A stretch of DNA of 17,919 bases from Octopus sinensis (lineage: Eukaryota). Shown here one piece after another: positions 1 through 9,275 of this stretch; within the stretch, counting starts at the first letter, position 1, and each line of letters begins with the position of its first letter. The stretch spans positions 1-17,919 of the forward strand of contig NW_021824555.1 in assembly GCF_006345805.1 (NCBI RefSeq), written 5' to 3'. The notes under the pieces are model-generated. The model was not told the DNA's origin and did no database searches. It was given only the letters and a program-made list of their open reading frames with translations. The position numbers and the translations under genes were made by a program.

Positions 1-77
1 GAGTAAACACATAAATGAAACAAGGTGAAAAAAGAGTACTCACATACCAGTGGTAGAGTAAAATGCTTTAAATAAAG

Positions 78-109
<32 letters not shown>

Positions 110-325
110 ATTATTACGGAGATGTACTTGCATAGCAAGTGATTTGATCTGAGATCGTGTGTTGAAATGAAAACAATTGCAGCGTGGAAGGTGTTTGTAA
201 GCCATTTAAGAAACACACAAAAGCCGTTCGATTCACTTCAACATTTAAGTTTAATTTGTCAAAATATTTTCGTCGCTTTAAGACCGCGACCTGTTCACTG
301 ACAAAAATCCGTGCTGCATCTCGGA

Positions 326-647
<322 letters not shown>

Positions 648-988
648 TAAATGTAACATTATAGGTACACATTGCTATGATGTTATCAAAAGCCAGAAAT
701 TTAAATATATTATACAGTGTAGCTTCATTAAATAATTGTCAGTTACAGCATCTAGAATCATTAAGACGCAACTGTCAAATGCAGATTTTCTGAAATCCTA
801 TCACCCACTATCGGGTTGCATCGATCTCAAGAAGACAGAAAATATTAATACCAGAGTTAGTCCTCTATTTCATAAATCTCAATATTTTATTCATTATCTT
901 CGTCTTAATCATTGTCTTTTATTAACTTTCACCTTCCTACCTGTTTCACCTGGTCACAAAACAATATGAAAACTTGTACGGGTTCGAA

Positions 989-1125
989 ATAGGCGTAGAT
1001 CTTTGGCTGAAGAGGTTACTACGTAACTACTCCGATTCAGTTTCAGTCACACTGCACAGGTGAATATCTACTATAGCCCCCGGGTCGACTAAGGTCTGGC
1101 GAGTGAATTTGATCGACGGACATTG
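989..1125 (+). mobile_element. Highly diverged copy of the head/body of SINE family A
   Basis: ATAGGCGTAG..TGGCTG..TTCAGTCACACTGC..TCTACTATAGCCCCGGGTCGACTAAGG..GTGAATTTGATCGACGGA aligns by eye with the intact copies at 8166, 10137 and 16101. Confidence 0.7.
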
Positions 1126-1440
1126 TGCAACTTGAAAATACCCTCTTCCCAGAATTGAGGTAGTTTCATGGCAAATAATTCAACAAGGTACCTTTTTACG
1201 TCATCCAAAGGATTGAAATTTTTACCATTAAGACTATTCTGCAGAGACCTGAATAAGTGGAAATCCGAAGAGGCAATATCTGGTGAATATGGAGGGTGGG
1301 GTAACACATTCCAACCGAGCTGCAGCAATTTTTGTCTGGTTCCCAAAGCATCAAGTGCCGAAAATGAACTTTCTTATCTATCATTTTAAAGGGTTACAGA
1401 AATATCACAGGTTATAGGAACATAAACCTTCTTCCACGAA
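1125..1440 (-). mobile_element. Internally deleted mariner (Tc1/mariner) transposon relic
   Basis: The minus strand encodes a mariner N-terminus (MIDKKVHFRHLMLWE from 1384) fused to the C-terminus TRQKLLQLGWNVLPHPPYSPDIASSDFHLFRSLQNSLNGKNF...FWEEGIFKL, which includes the YSPDLAPSD-type motif with the third catalytic D. Terminal inverted repeats were not clearly resolved. Confidence 0.92.
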
Positions 1441-1517
1441 AAGATAGCTTAACTGTGCTCTAAATGGAGGTGTAGTCCAATACTATTTTATGGACTCAAC
1501 CATGTTCTAATATTATG

Positions 1518-1550
<33 letters not shown>

Positions 1551-1568
1551 ATATATATATATAATAAT

Positions 1569-1822
1569 AAATGCGCCCTTTAAAGCCTAGCCAGGCTCAT
1601 TGGCCCGGTTTCCCGGTTTCCTGGTTTTAATAGCGTATGTGTTCCCGAGCTGGACGGAACGCCAGTCCATCGCAGCGTTACTCATTTTTGCCAGCTGAGT
1701 GGACTGGAGCAACGTGAAATGAAGTCTTTTGTTGAAGAACACAACGCGTCGCCCGGTTCAGGAATCGAAACCATAATCTACGATCATAATGCTGACAGCC
1801 TAAGCACTAATCAACGCGCCTA
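1569..1822 (-). mobile_element. tRNA-derived SINE (family C) with a (TAT)n/(TA)n tail
   Basis: The minus-strand head carries B box GGTTTCGATTCC followed by TGAACCGGGCGA, nearly identical to the head of the 2569 element. The body has GCTGCGATGGACTGGCGTTCCGTCCAG, which resembles the V-SINE domain (from recall). Confidence 0.75.
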
Positions 1823-1835
1823 CAGACACACACAC

Positions 1836-1868
<33 letters not shown>

Positions 1869-1897
1869 CATATATCTTATTGTGTCTGAGAAGAGAC

Positions 1898-2077
1898 ATT
1901 CTCTCTTAGTGCCCTTATTAATTTAACACACACACCGGTCTGATTTCCTCTCAATAGCTTATTCATTTTTACTAAAACTTTCGTTGCAACTCGCAACCTT
2001 TTCAATATTCGTTGACTATTAATGAGAGGAAATCAAACCGGTGAGTGTTGTAAATTAATAAGGCATTAAAAGAGAAT
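1898..2077. mobile_element. Foldback/MITE-like element with ~60-bp imperfect inverted arms
   Basis: 1898-1958 (ATTCTCTCTTAGTGCCCTTATTAATTTAACACACACACCGGTCTGATTTCCTCTC) is the near reverse complement of 2017-2077 (GAGAGGAAATCAAACCGGTGAGTGTTGTAAATTAATAAGGCATTAAAAGAGAAT). It is flanked by TA/CA microsatellites. Confidence 0.7.
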
Positions 2078-2156
2078 CACTCACCCCAGATAAAATATGC
2101 TTCAACACACGAATTCCCATAAAGAATCCTGTAAACCAAATACAAAAATGAAATAT

Positions 2157-2193
2157 GCATGTGTGTGTGTGCGTGCATGTGTGCGTGTGTTTG

Positions 2194-2232
<39 letters not shown>

Positions 2233-2257
2233 TGTGTGTGTGTGTGTGTGTGTGTGC
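2157..2257. repeat. (TG)n/(TA)n microsatellite
   Basis: Directly visible. Confidence 0.95.
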
Positions 2258-2284
2258 ACAAACACATGGGTGTTTGTGTAAGTG

Positions 2285-2500
2285 TATGTGGATCTGTGTT
2301 CGTCTCCCGCCAAAGCTTCACAACCGGTGCTGGTACGCTTACGTCCCCGTACCTAGTGTTTCAGCAAAGGCGACTGATAGAGTAAGTAACAGACTAACAA
2401 AACGTAACTACTGGGATCTATTCATAGGACTAAAGCTACTTCTACGCGGTGCCCCAGCATGGCCACAGTCTGATGACTGAAACAAATGAAAGATAAATGG
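2285..2500 (+). mobile_element. Old diverged 3' half of SINE family A
   Basis: ACAACCGGTGCTGG..TACGTCCCCGT..GCAAAGGCGACTGATAGAGTAAGTA..GGTGCCCCAGCATGGCCACAGTC..TGACTGAAACAA matches the tails at 8400-8560 and 16350-16510. Confidence 0.75.
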
Positions 2501-2568
2501 TGAACAGTAAAAAAAAAAAATGGGTTGCTGGGTGGATTGGAGGAAGTCTACATCCAGTTGTTTTATGT

Positions 2569-2950
2569 GGAGGCGCAATGGCCCAGTGGTTAGGGCAGCG
2601 GACTCGCAGTCGTAGGATCGCGGTTTCGATTCCTAGACCGGGCGATGTGAGTGTTTATTGAGCGAAAACACCTAAAGCTCCACGAGGCTCCGGCAGGGGA
2701 TGGTGGTGATCACTGCTGTATTCTTTCGTCACAACTTTCTCTCACTCTTACTTCCTGTTTCTGTTGTACCTGTATTTCAAACGGCCGGCCTTGTCACACT
2801 CTCTGTCACGCTGAATATCCCCGAGAACTACGTTAAGGGTACACGTGTCTGTGGAGTGCTCAGTCACTTACACGTTAATTTCACGAGCAGGCTGTTCCGT
2901 TGATTCGGATCAACCGGAACCCTCGTCGTCGTAACCGACGGAGTGCTTCC
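2569..2950 (+). mobile_element. Full-length tRNA-derived SINE (family D) with a 13-bp target-site duplication
   Basis: A box TGGCCCAGTGG and B box GGTTTCGATTCC. ACATCCAGTTGTT flanks it at 2550-2562 and 2951-2963. A second head copy lies at 6339. Confidence 0.92.
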
Positions 2951-3216
2951 ACATCCAGTTGTTCTACCTGATGGCTGTAGACAAATGTCTATTACACCCC
3001 GCCTTCTTCCTCATCTCATTCCTGTTCTTTTATCTCTTCATGTTCTTCTTCCCATTTGTCCTCTGCTTCATCCTTTCTCTTCTATCTTGTCCTTTGTGTA
3101 CCCTCCTCATCAATATCACCATCATTATGTAGTTTCTGTCTCATACACGTGGTAGTATCTATCTTATTGCCTATCTGCTTGTCTGCCTGATTGTACGTCT
3201 GAATGCATGTCTGTCT

Positions 3217-3220
3217 ATCC

Positions 3221-3270
<50 letters not shown>
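3217..3270. repeat. (CTAT)n microsatellite, left flank of the 3271-3591 element
   Basis: Directly visible. Confidence 0.95.
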
Positions 3271-3591
3271 GACCGAGGTTACCGTGGTCTTTTCCGTAGA
3301 CTTTTCTTTCCACGGGTAAACCTCACCTGTCCTCCCCTTTACACTTCATATTGACATTTCTGTGATTACGATCCCTATTGATCAACTTTTTTTTCCTCTC
3401 CCCTTTTCTTTTTTTTCCTCTCCCCCCCCCCCCCCTTTTTTTAAAATCCTCCCCTTTTTTGTCCTCTTTCTTTCCATTTACGATCCCTTTTGATCGAAAA
3501 CCAAACCCCCTTCTTTTACCCCCAAAAGAAAAGCTCTACCTTGTAATTTTGTCCTGTCTGTGTGCAGCCCTGTGTGGCTAATAAAGAAACA
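3271..3591 (+). mobile_element. Headless retroposon fragment (probable LINE 3' UTR) embedded in (CTAT)n
   Basis: It has no tRNA boxes. The last 42 nt (3550-3591) match the family-B SINE tail at 14921-14962 at 33/42 positions, ungapped. It contains a pyrimidine-rich interior, a 5' hairpin and an internal 17-nt duplication. Confidence 0.55.
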
Positions 3592-3612
3592 TATCTATAT
3601 ATCTATCTATCA

Positions 3613-3679
<67 letters not shown>

Positions 3680-3680
3680 G
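3592..3680. repeat. (CTAT)n microsatellite, right flank
   Basis: Directly visible. Confidence 0.95.
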
Positions 3681-3760
3681 ATCTGGCTGTCTATGTATCG
3701 ATAGACAAGTAGAGATATAGACATATAGACGTAGATATAGATAGATAAATGTAATATCGA

Positions 3761-3937
3761 TTACGAAGTTTCCTGGAAATGAAGGTATCTATCTATATAT
3801 ACATCTATCTGTCTGTGTGTCTGTCTGCCTGTCTGTCTATCTGTCTGACTATGTGTGTGTGTGTATGTGTAAATATATAAATACACACACACACACATAT
3901 ATTTAGTGAGAGAGAGATAGGTAGATAGATAGGTAGG

Positions 3938-4021
<84 letters not shown>

Positions 4022-4060
4022 TGTAGTCTCTTTTACGAAGTTGCCTGGAAGTGAAAGTAT
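3761..4060. repeat. Compound microsatellite block bracketed by 28-bp direct repeats
   Basis: TTACGAAGTTTCCTGGAAATGAAGGTAT (3761-3788) and TTACGAAGTTGCCTGGAAGTGAAAGTAT (4033-4060) are 25/28 identical. They enclose (TCTA/TCTG)n-(GT)n-(AC)n-(GATA)n-(GA)n. Confidence 0.85.
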
Positions 4061-4413
4061 ATGGGAATGTTTCTGTATAAAAATCTTGTAAGTTTGTCGT
4101 ATTAGTTCATGATAACGATTTCCTGCGTGTATCTGCCACGGAATCATGCTTCGACTAGATATATTCATTTGCCAAGAATTTAATGGGAAAGTCTAGAAGA
4201 TTTTGTTGATTAAACGACGTATCAAAAGAGAAACACTTATTGAATTCTGTTAGAAATCTTGGCATATTTCAGCCATGTTCAGTATAGTTTAGCCAAAAGA
4301 AAATAAAATGCGTTCTTGTGAAAGTTTAATATCAAGATTAAGATTTTTAAAACTGTTTCAGCCTGATCATCGTTAGTGTTATCCTTGTTAATGGTTTTAT
4401 TATTACAAAGATA

Positions 4414-4495
4414 TTTGCTTAGCGGCATTTTATCCGTCTTTACGATTTGAGTTCATATTCAGCCGTCGCCGATTTTGCCTTCCATCCTTTCGATG
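4414..4495 (+). mobile_element. Diverged fragment of SINE family B
   Basis: TGCTTAGCGGCATTT..TTTACGATTTGAGTTCATATTC..GATTTTGCCTTCCATCCTTTCG resembles 14770-14850. Confidence 0.6.
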
Positions 4496-4499
4496 AAAA

Positions 4500-4720
4500 A
4501 ACAAGTTGAGCATTGCTTAAGCGAAGGCTGATCTGCATGTTGCGAGCCAATTGACGTAGGCTGGCAAAGTCTTGTGAGGCATTGACACAGCGAAGCTCTG
4601 CCTGAGCGTGGAGATATTGGTACATCTAGGTAGAGAGAGCAAACGATCCATCACAGAATCTGAAGTGAAGGCCCCTAGGTGGCAGTTTTCAGGTAGGGAG
4701 CTATCAGTATCATTAGCATC
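4500..4720 (-). mobile_element. Very decayed RTE-like LINE C-terminal fragment
   Basis: The minus strand reads ENCHL..MDRLLSLPRCTNISTLRQ..SMPHKTLP..WLATCRSA. This resembles the post-RT region of RTE ORF2 (FHLRCLR.IL.I.WQDR...VL.RA..TSI.TLL.Q...RM....LP...GELA.G.R). Confidence 0.4.
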
Positions 4721-4726
4721 ACTGAC

Positions 4727-4850
4727 AAATTATGTCGGTGTCATCTTCCATCCTTTTCGTGGTCGATAAGTTAAGTATCATTCAAGTACGTGGCATCAAT
4801 ATAATCAATTTCTCCCTCCCCTCAAAAGCTAGTGGCACTGAGACCATTAT
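4727..4850 (+). mobile_element. Diverged fragment related to SINE family B
   Basis: TTCCATCCTTTTCGTGGTCGATAAGTTAAGTATCA..TCAATATAATCAAT resembles TTTCATCCTTTCGGGGTCGATGAATTAAGTACCAG..TCGATGTAATCGACT at 14836-14898. Confidence 0.55.
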
Positions 4851-4864
4851 TAGTAACAGATATT

Positions 4865-5069
4865 CTCTTTTACACTTTTACTTGTTTCAGTCATTTGACT
4901 GCGGCCATGCTGGAGCACCTCCTTTAATCGAGCAACTCGACCCCGGGACTTATTCTTTTGTAAGTCCAGTACTTATTCTATCGGTCTCTTTTGCCGAACC
5001 GCTATGTAACGGGGACATAAACACACCAGCATCGGTTGTCAAGCAATGCTAGGGGGACAAACGCACACA

Positions 5070-5107
<38 letters not shown>

Positions 5108-5272
5108 TACGACGGGCTTCTTTCAGTTTCCGTCTACCAAATCCACTCACAGGGCTTTGGTCGACCCGAGGCTATAGTAGAAGACACTTGCCCAAGGTGC
5201 CACGCAGTGGAACTGAACCCGGAACCATGTGGTTGGTAAACAAGCTACTTACCACACAGCCACTCCTACGCC
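4865..5272 (-). mobile_element. Full-length tRNA-derived SINE family A
   Basis: Reverse complement of the 8169-8584 copy: head GGCGTAGGAGTGGCTGTGTGG (A box) and GGTTCAGTTCC (B box), a central domain, an internal TA/CA microsatellite and a tail ending in (AAAAGAGT)-like repeats. Confidence 0.93.
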
Positions 5273-5559
5273 ATACATTAACACAAAATTGTTTTGAGAT
5301 ATTGTGAATTATTAACTGCCGCATACATATCATATTACCATATACAGGCACCCTTCAAAGGAAGACGAAATGGAAAGACCAGCCTGAACTGGATGGAATT
5401 AAAAACGTATCACAACAAATTAAATACAATCAAATATTTTTTCTTTAAATTTAGCAAATTAGAAATAAATTCCCGATCACTGCTTTTAAGGCGCCAAATG
5501 CTTTGCATAATTTCCACCTTAATTGAGATACCGCCTAGAATATTTTTACTCTTTATTCA

Positions 5560-6950
5560 TCTGGGAACGACATGTGGGTAATCCTGGGGTTCCCTCACCT
5601 AAATTCCCGGCCCTACCCTACCACTTGTCTTGAAATTGATTACATTTAGTTGTGAGAAGGAAGTGGACTGAGACCACACGCACGCGCGGTATTTGTTTCT
5701 CAAGAATGCTGAATTGTTCAACGCTGAGTCAACAACCTATTCTCGTCTAGTGAAGGATCAGCATAGTTTTTATTGAACGGGAGTTCAGCTACCTCGTAGT
5801 AGAAACAAAACTGATATGCTACTGGATAAAAATCAAACGAGAAGTAGAGAATCTTGGTGTAAAAGGACTTCAGACTTATCCATTCGTATTAAGAAAGGAA
5901 GTAAAATAAGACTTTTCTCCCCACCTCATTCCGATACTGGGAGCTACTGTTACGTCAGGATTACTGGATCCATCAAAGGAGGAGACGATTTCAAGAACAT
6001 CATAGAACAGAAATGAAGAGAGATAAAAATATTTAATTAATTCTGTTTCTTTTCCGCCATCGCTTTTGTAATGGGTCCGATTTTAGACGCAGAGGGAGCG
6101 TGTGTGTGTGAATGATATTAAAATATGCCAGTGATAATTTGGTTGTAATATGGGAAAAGTTTGTTGCTGTGGTGTACCTCCATAACCCGGAGATCTACTG
6201 CAAGAGAGCGCAGGCTCAAATTAAGGCCTCTCATACTGGACAATTCAAAGAATAGAGTCCAAGACCAATGTGGACAATCTATTCCCAAAGGTAAACATGA
6301 GCTTGCATACGTGCAACGCCCCTACGTTTTTACGTTGTGGAGGCGCAATGGCCCAGTGGTTAGGGCAGCGGACTCGCGGTCGTAGGATCGTGGTTTCGAT
6401 TCCCAGACCGGGTGTTGTGAGTGTTTATTGAACGAAAACACCTAAAGCTCCACGAGGCTCCGGCAGGGGATGGTGGTGATCCCTGCTGTACACTTTCATC
6501 ACAAATTTCTCTCACTCTTACTTTTTTACAAGCAAAGTTGTAGAAGTATCGATAACAACTGAAAGTCAACAAGACCAGGGAGAAAGCCTGCAACCTGGGA
6601 AACATAATGTTGTGCCGCCCCTGAACTGGAAGCCAAAAGGGAGGTGGGAGAGAGGTCACCTTAAAAATATCTGGGGTGAAGTTACTTAGGCAGTATTGAA
6701 AAATCAGAGATCCAAGAAGGGAAAAGCAGTAAAGAGGCACTAGATTCGAGAGCAGTGAGGTAAAGTTGTCAATGATCCATACTCCACAGAGAGTGATAGG
6801 CTAAAAAAATAGATTATATGATAGTTTGCCCAAATCATTGTTTTACTTTACCCAGCGTCGGAGCCCCAGGGTTGAATGCGAATTTGCGGCGCCTACTGAG
6901 CACGGAAATAAATTGCATGCCGACAGATGGCGTTAATGGAATAAATCATC
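5560..6950 (+). mobile_element. Possible extremely decayed Ty3/Gypsy pol relic (protease-RT-RNase H order)
   Basis: Scattered motifs in the expected order, across frameshifts: VILGFPHL, IKREVENLGV, PFVLRK/KGSKIRLF, VCVNDIKI (at the YxDD position), RERRLKLRP, RRLLSTEINCM. No intact catalytic motif is present, so this is weak. Confidence 0.25.
6339..6523 (+). mobile_element. 3'-truncated copy of SINE family D
   Basis: Nearly identical to 2569-2752. A possible 7-bp TSD TTTTTAC lies at 6327-6333 and 6523-6529. Confidence 0.92.
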
Positions 6951-6955
6951 ATACA

Positions 6956-7554
6956 TATTTCTTTACTACCCACAAGGGGATGAACACAGAGGGGACAAAC
7001 AAGGACAGATAAACGGATTGAGTCGGTTACATAGACCCCAGTGTGTAACTGGTACTTATTTAATCGACCCCGAAAGGTTGAAAGGCAAAGTCGACCTCGG
7101 CGGAATTTGAACTCAGGACGCAGCGGCAGACGAAATACCTATTTATTTACTACCCACAAGGGGCTAAACACAGAGGGAACAAACAAGGACAGATAAACGG
7201 ATTGAGTAGGTTACATCGACCCCAATGCGTAACTGGTACTTATTTAATCGACACCGAAAGGTTGAAAGGCAAAGTCGACCTCGGCGGAATTTGAACTCAG
7301 AACGCAGCGGCAGACGAAATACCTATTTCTTTACTACCCACAAGGGGCTAAACACAGAGGGGACAAACAAGGACAGATAAACGGATTGAGTCGGTTACAT
7401 CGACTCCAGTGCGTAACTGGTACTTATTTAATCGACCCCGAAAGGTTGAAAGGCAAAGTCGACCTCGGCGGAATTTGAACTCAGAACGTAGCGGCAGACG
7501 AAATACTGCTAAGCATTTCGCCCGGCGTGCTAACGTTTCTGCCAGCTCGCCGCC
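6956..7554 (-). mobile_element. SINE family B with its body triplicated (3 x 184 bp), under one TSD
   Basis: Units start at 6956, 7140 and 7324, with a single head at 7507-7554 (minus strand GGCGGCGAGCTGGCAGAAACGTTAGC). AATAAATCATCATACA (6940-6955) and AATAAATCATTATACA (7559-7574) flank the whole array. Confidence 0.93.
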
Positions 7555-8168
7555 GCTTAATAAATCATTATACAAAAAGATAAGAGCTAAATTGGACTTG
7601 TTGGATTGAACTCAAAACTTAAACCATAAATATCTTTTGTACGTCAGTCTTTCCCCCCCCCCCTTTCCCATGTCCCTAGACATCGTTAACGATAAATGAT
7701 TGATGTACTTCTGCGAGACACCGAGTCTGTGTGTTAGTATGTGAGGTTTTGTACGTTACAGACTCTACAGAGTAAATTGTCCAGTGATTAAACACAGAAA
7801 AATAACACCACCAAGACAACAAAGCGTAAAAAAAAAATAATAATTTTAAAATTCCATGTTGCTAGGAAATCGATACTTTGTTGACTTTTTGGCTCAGATC
7901 GATATTATTAGATTATTTGACTATTTGATAAAATGTGTGGTTTTTAAAAAAAAAAAAGAATATTTACAAAGCCAAGTCCTTTATGTGTGTGTGTGTTTTG
8001 AAATTTTGTTGTTTTCCTACGCTTAATATTTCAGTTTCTGGTTAACTAAGGAATTTCAATAATGCACTTGGTTTTTCATTATGGAGCTGAATGCTGGCGG
8101 TGAGGTCGATAGAAGCTGATATTGGGACCCATGTTCCAATCAGGATTAACCATTTCAAGACATTTATA

Positions 8169-8584
8169 GGCGCAGGAGTGGCTGTGTGGTAAGTAGCTTG
8201 CTAACCAACCACATGGTTCCGGGTTCAGTCCCACTGCGTGGCATCTTGGGCAAGTGTCTTCTGTTATAGCCCCGGGCCGACCAATGCCTTGTGAGTGGAT
8301 TTGGTAGACGGAAACTGAAAGAAGCCTGTCGTATATATGTATATGTATATATAAGTGTGTGTGTGTATTTGTTTGTGTTTGTCCCTCTAGCATTGCTTGA
8401 CAACCGATGCTGGTGTGTTCACGTCCCCGTCACTTAGCGGTTCGGCAAAAGAGACCGATAGAATAAGTACTGGGCTTACAAAGTATAAGTCCCGGGGTCG
8501 ATTTGCTCGACTAAAGGTGGTGCTCCAGCATGGCCGCAGTCAAAATGACTGAAACAAGTAAAAGAGTAAAAGAGTAAAGAGAGT
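8169..8584 (+). mobile_element. Full-length tRNA-derived SINE family A
   Basis: A box TGGCTGTGTGG, B box GGTTCAGTCCC, central domain, internal microsatellite and (AAAAGAGT)n tail. Confidence 0.95.
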
Positions 8585-8739
8585 ATTTACTTTTCATACA
8601 TGTACGGTTTGAAACTTGTCAACGAATTAATAGAAAAGTTTCTTGGTGGTTGTTCAGCATCTAGGAATAGCAGCCAAATTGCACTCGATTTATACACAAT
8701 CGTCCGAAATGAAGAACACGTTGGCTAATGGGTTAGTAA

Positions 8740-8898
8740 CAAGCATGGCTGTGTGGTTAAATAACTATTCAACCATCTGGTTTCGAGTTCTGTCTAATTA
8801 CGTGGCATCTTGGGCAAATGTGGACTACCATAGCTCCAGACCAAACAATGCTTTGTGTGTGAATCTGATAGACGGGGACTGTGTGGAAGCCGCTCGTA

Positions 8899-8939
<41 letters not shown>

Positions 8940-9040
8940 GCATGTATATGTGTGTGTTTATGTATGAGTGTAATACTGGGCTCGGTCTGTTAAATTCAGA
9001 CCTTGGGTGGCTCAGCGTGGCCGCAGTCTAATACCGGAAT
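8740..9040 (+). mobile_element. Old diverged SINE family A copy with a (CA)n linker
   Basis: CATGGCTGTGTGGTTAA..CGTGGCATCTTGGGCAAATGT..TGATAGACGG head and a GGTGGCTCAGCGTGGCCGCAGTC tail remnant. Confidence 0.7.
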
Positions 9041-9170
9041 CGAACACTGATCTGATGCCTCATCTTATGCCTTCTATCTATAGATCCTTTTAAGCAAACT
9101 GATCCCAGCAAGAAAGCCACAATTTTGGTTAAATAATGTTTTGAAATTCACCTGATGCGCATATATATAT

Positions 9171-9275
9171 GCGAGACAGTAAAAACGATCTGCCGGATTT
9201 GCAAGGACACATGAGACCTAGCGTTGTCCAGAAGACACCGCCCTTTCAATTGGTTAGTTCTGGATGTTATTCACC
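9171..9275 (-). repeat. ~105-bp local duplicate of the mariner segment at 11026-11134
   Basis: Near-identical direct repeat: a 4-bp indel plus a few substitutions. The minus strand encodes HPELTN..DNARSHVSLQIRQ and shares the same inactivating stops. Confidence 0.9.

Noticed and set aside
1-325. Likely fragments of common octopus interspersed repeats, possibly one arm of a palindromic element
   Set aside because: This rests on recall only. There is no second copy, TIR partner or TSD inside the window.
1125-1160. Idea that mariner relic 1 (ending FWEEGIFKL) and the piece at 17789 are two halves of one element
   Set aside because: They overlap by about 9 codons with clearly different nucleotide sequence. 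The 17789 piece fits relic 2 better.
6956-7506. Regular 184-bp repeats superficially like a CRISPR array or satellite
   Set aside because: There are no unique spacers, and the units are SINE bodies also present as a monomer at 14732.
7682-7765. 12-bp palindrome ATCGTTAACGAT and an 8-bp inverted repeat GAGTCTGT/ACAGACTC
   Set aside because: Both are short enough to arise by chance in 18 kb, and nothing else supports them.
8040-8165. Short unique stretch reading CLEMVNPDWNMGPNISFYRPHRQHSAP on the minus strand as a possible exon
   Set aside because: It has no recognisable homology or supported splice context, and the ORF depends on the adjacent SINE.
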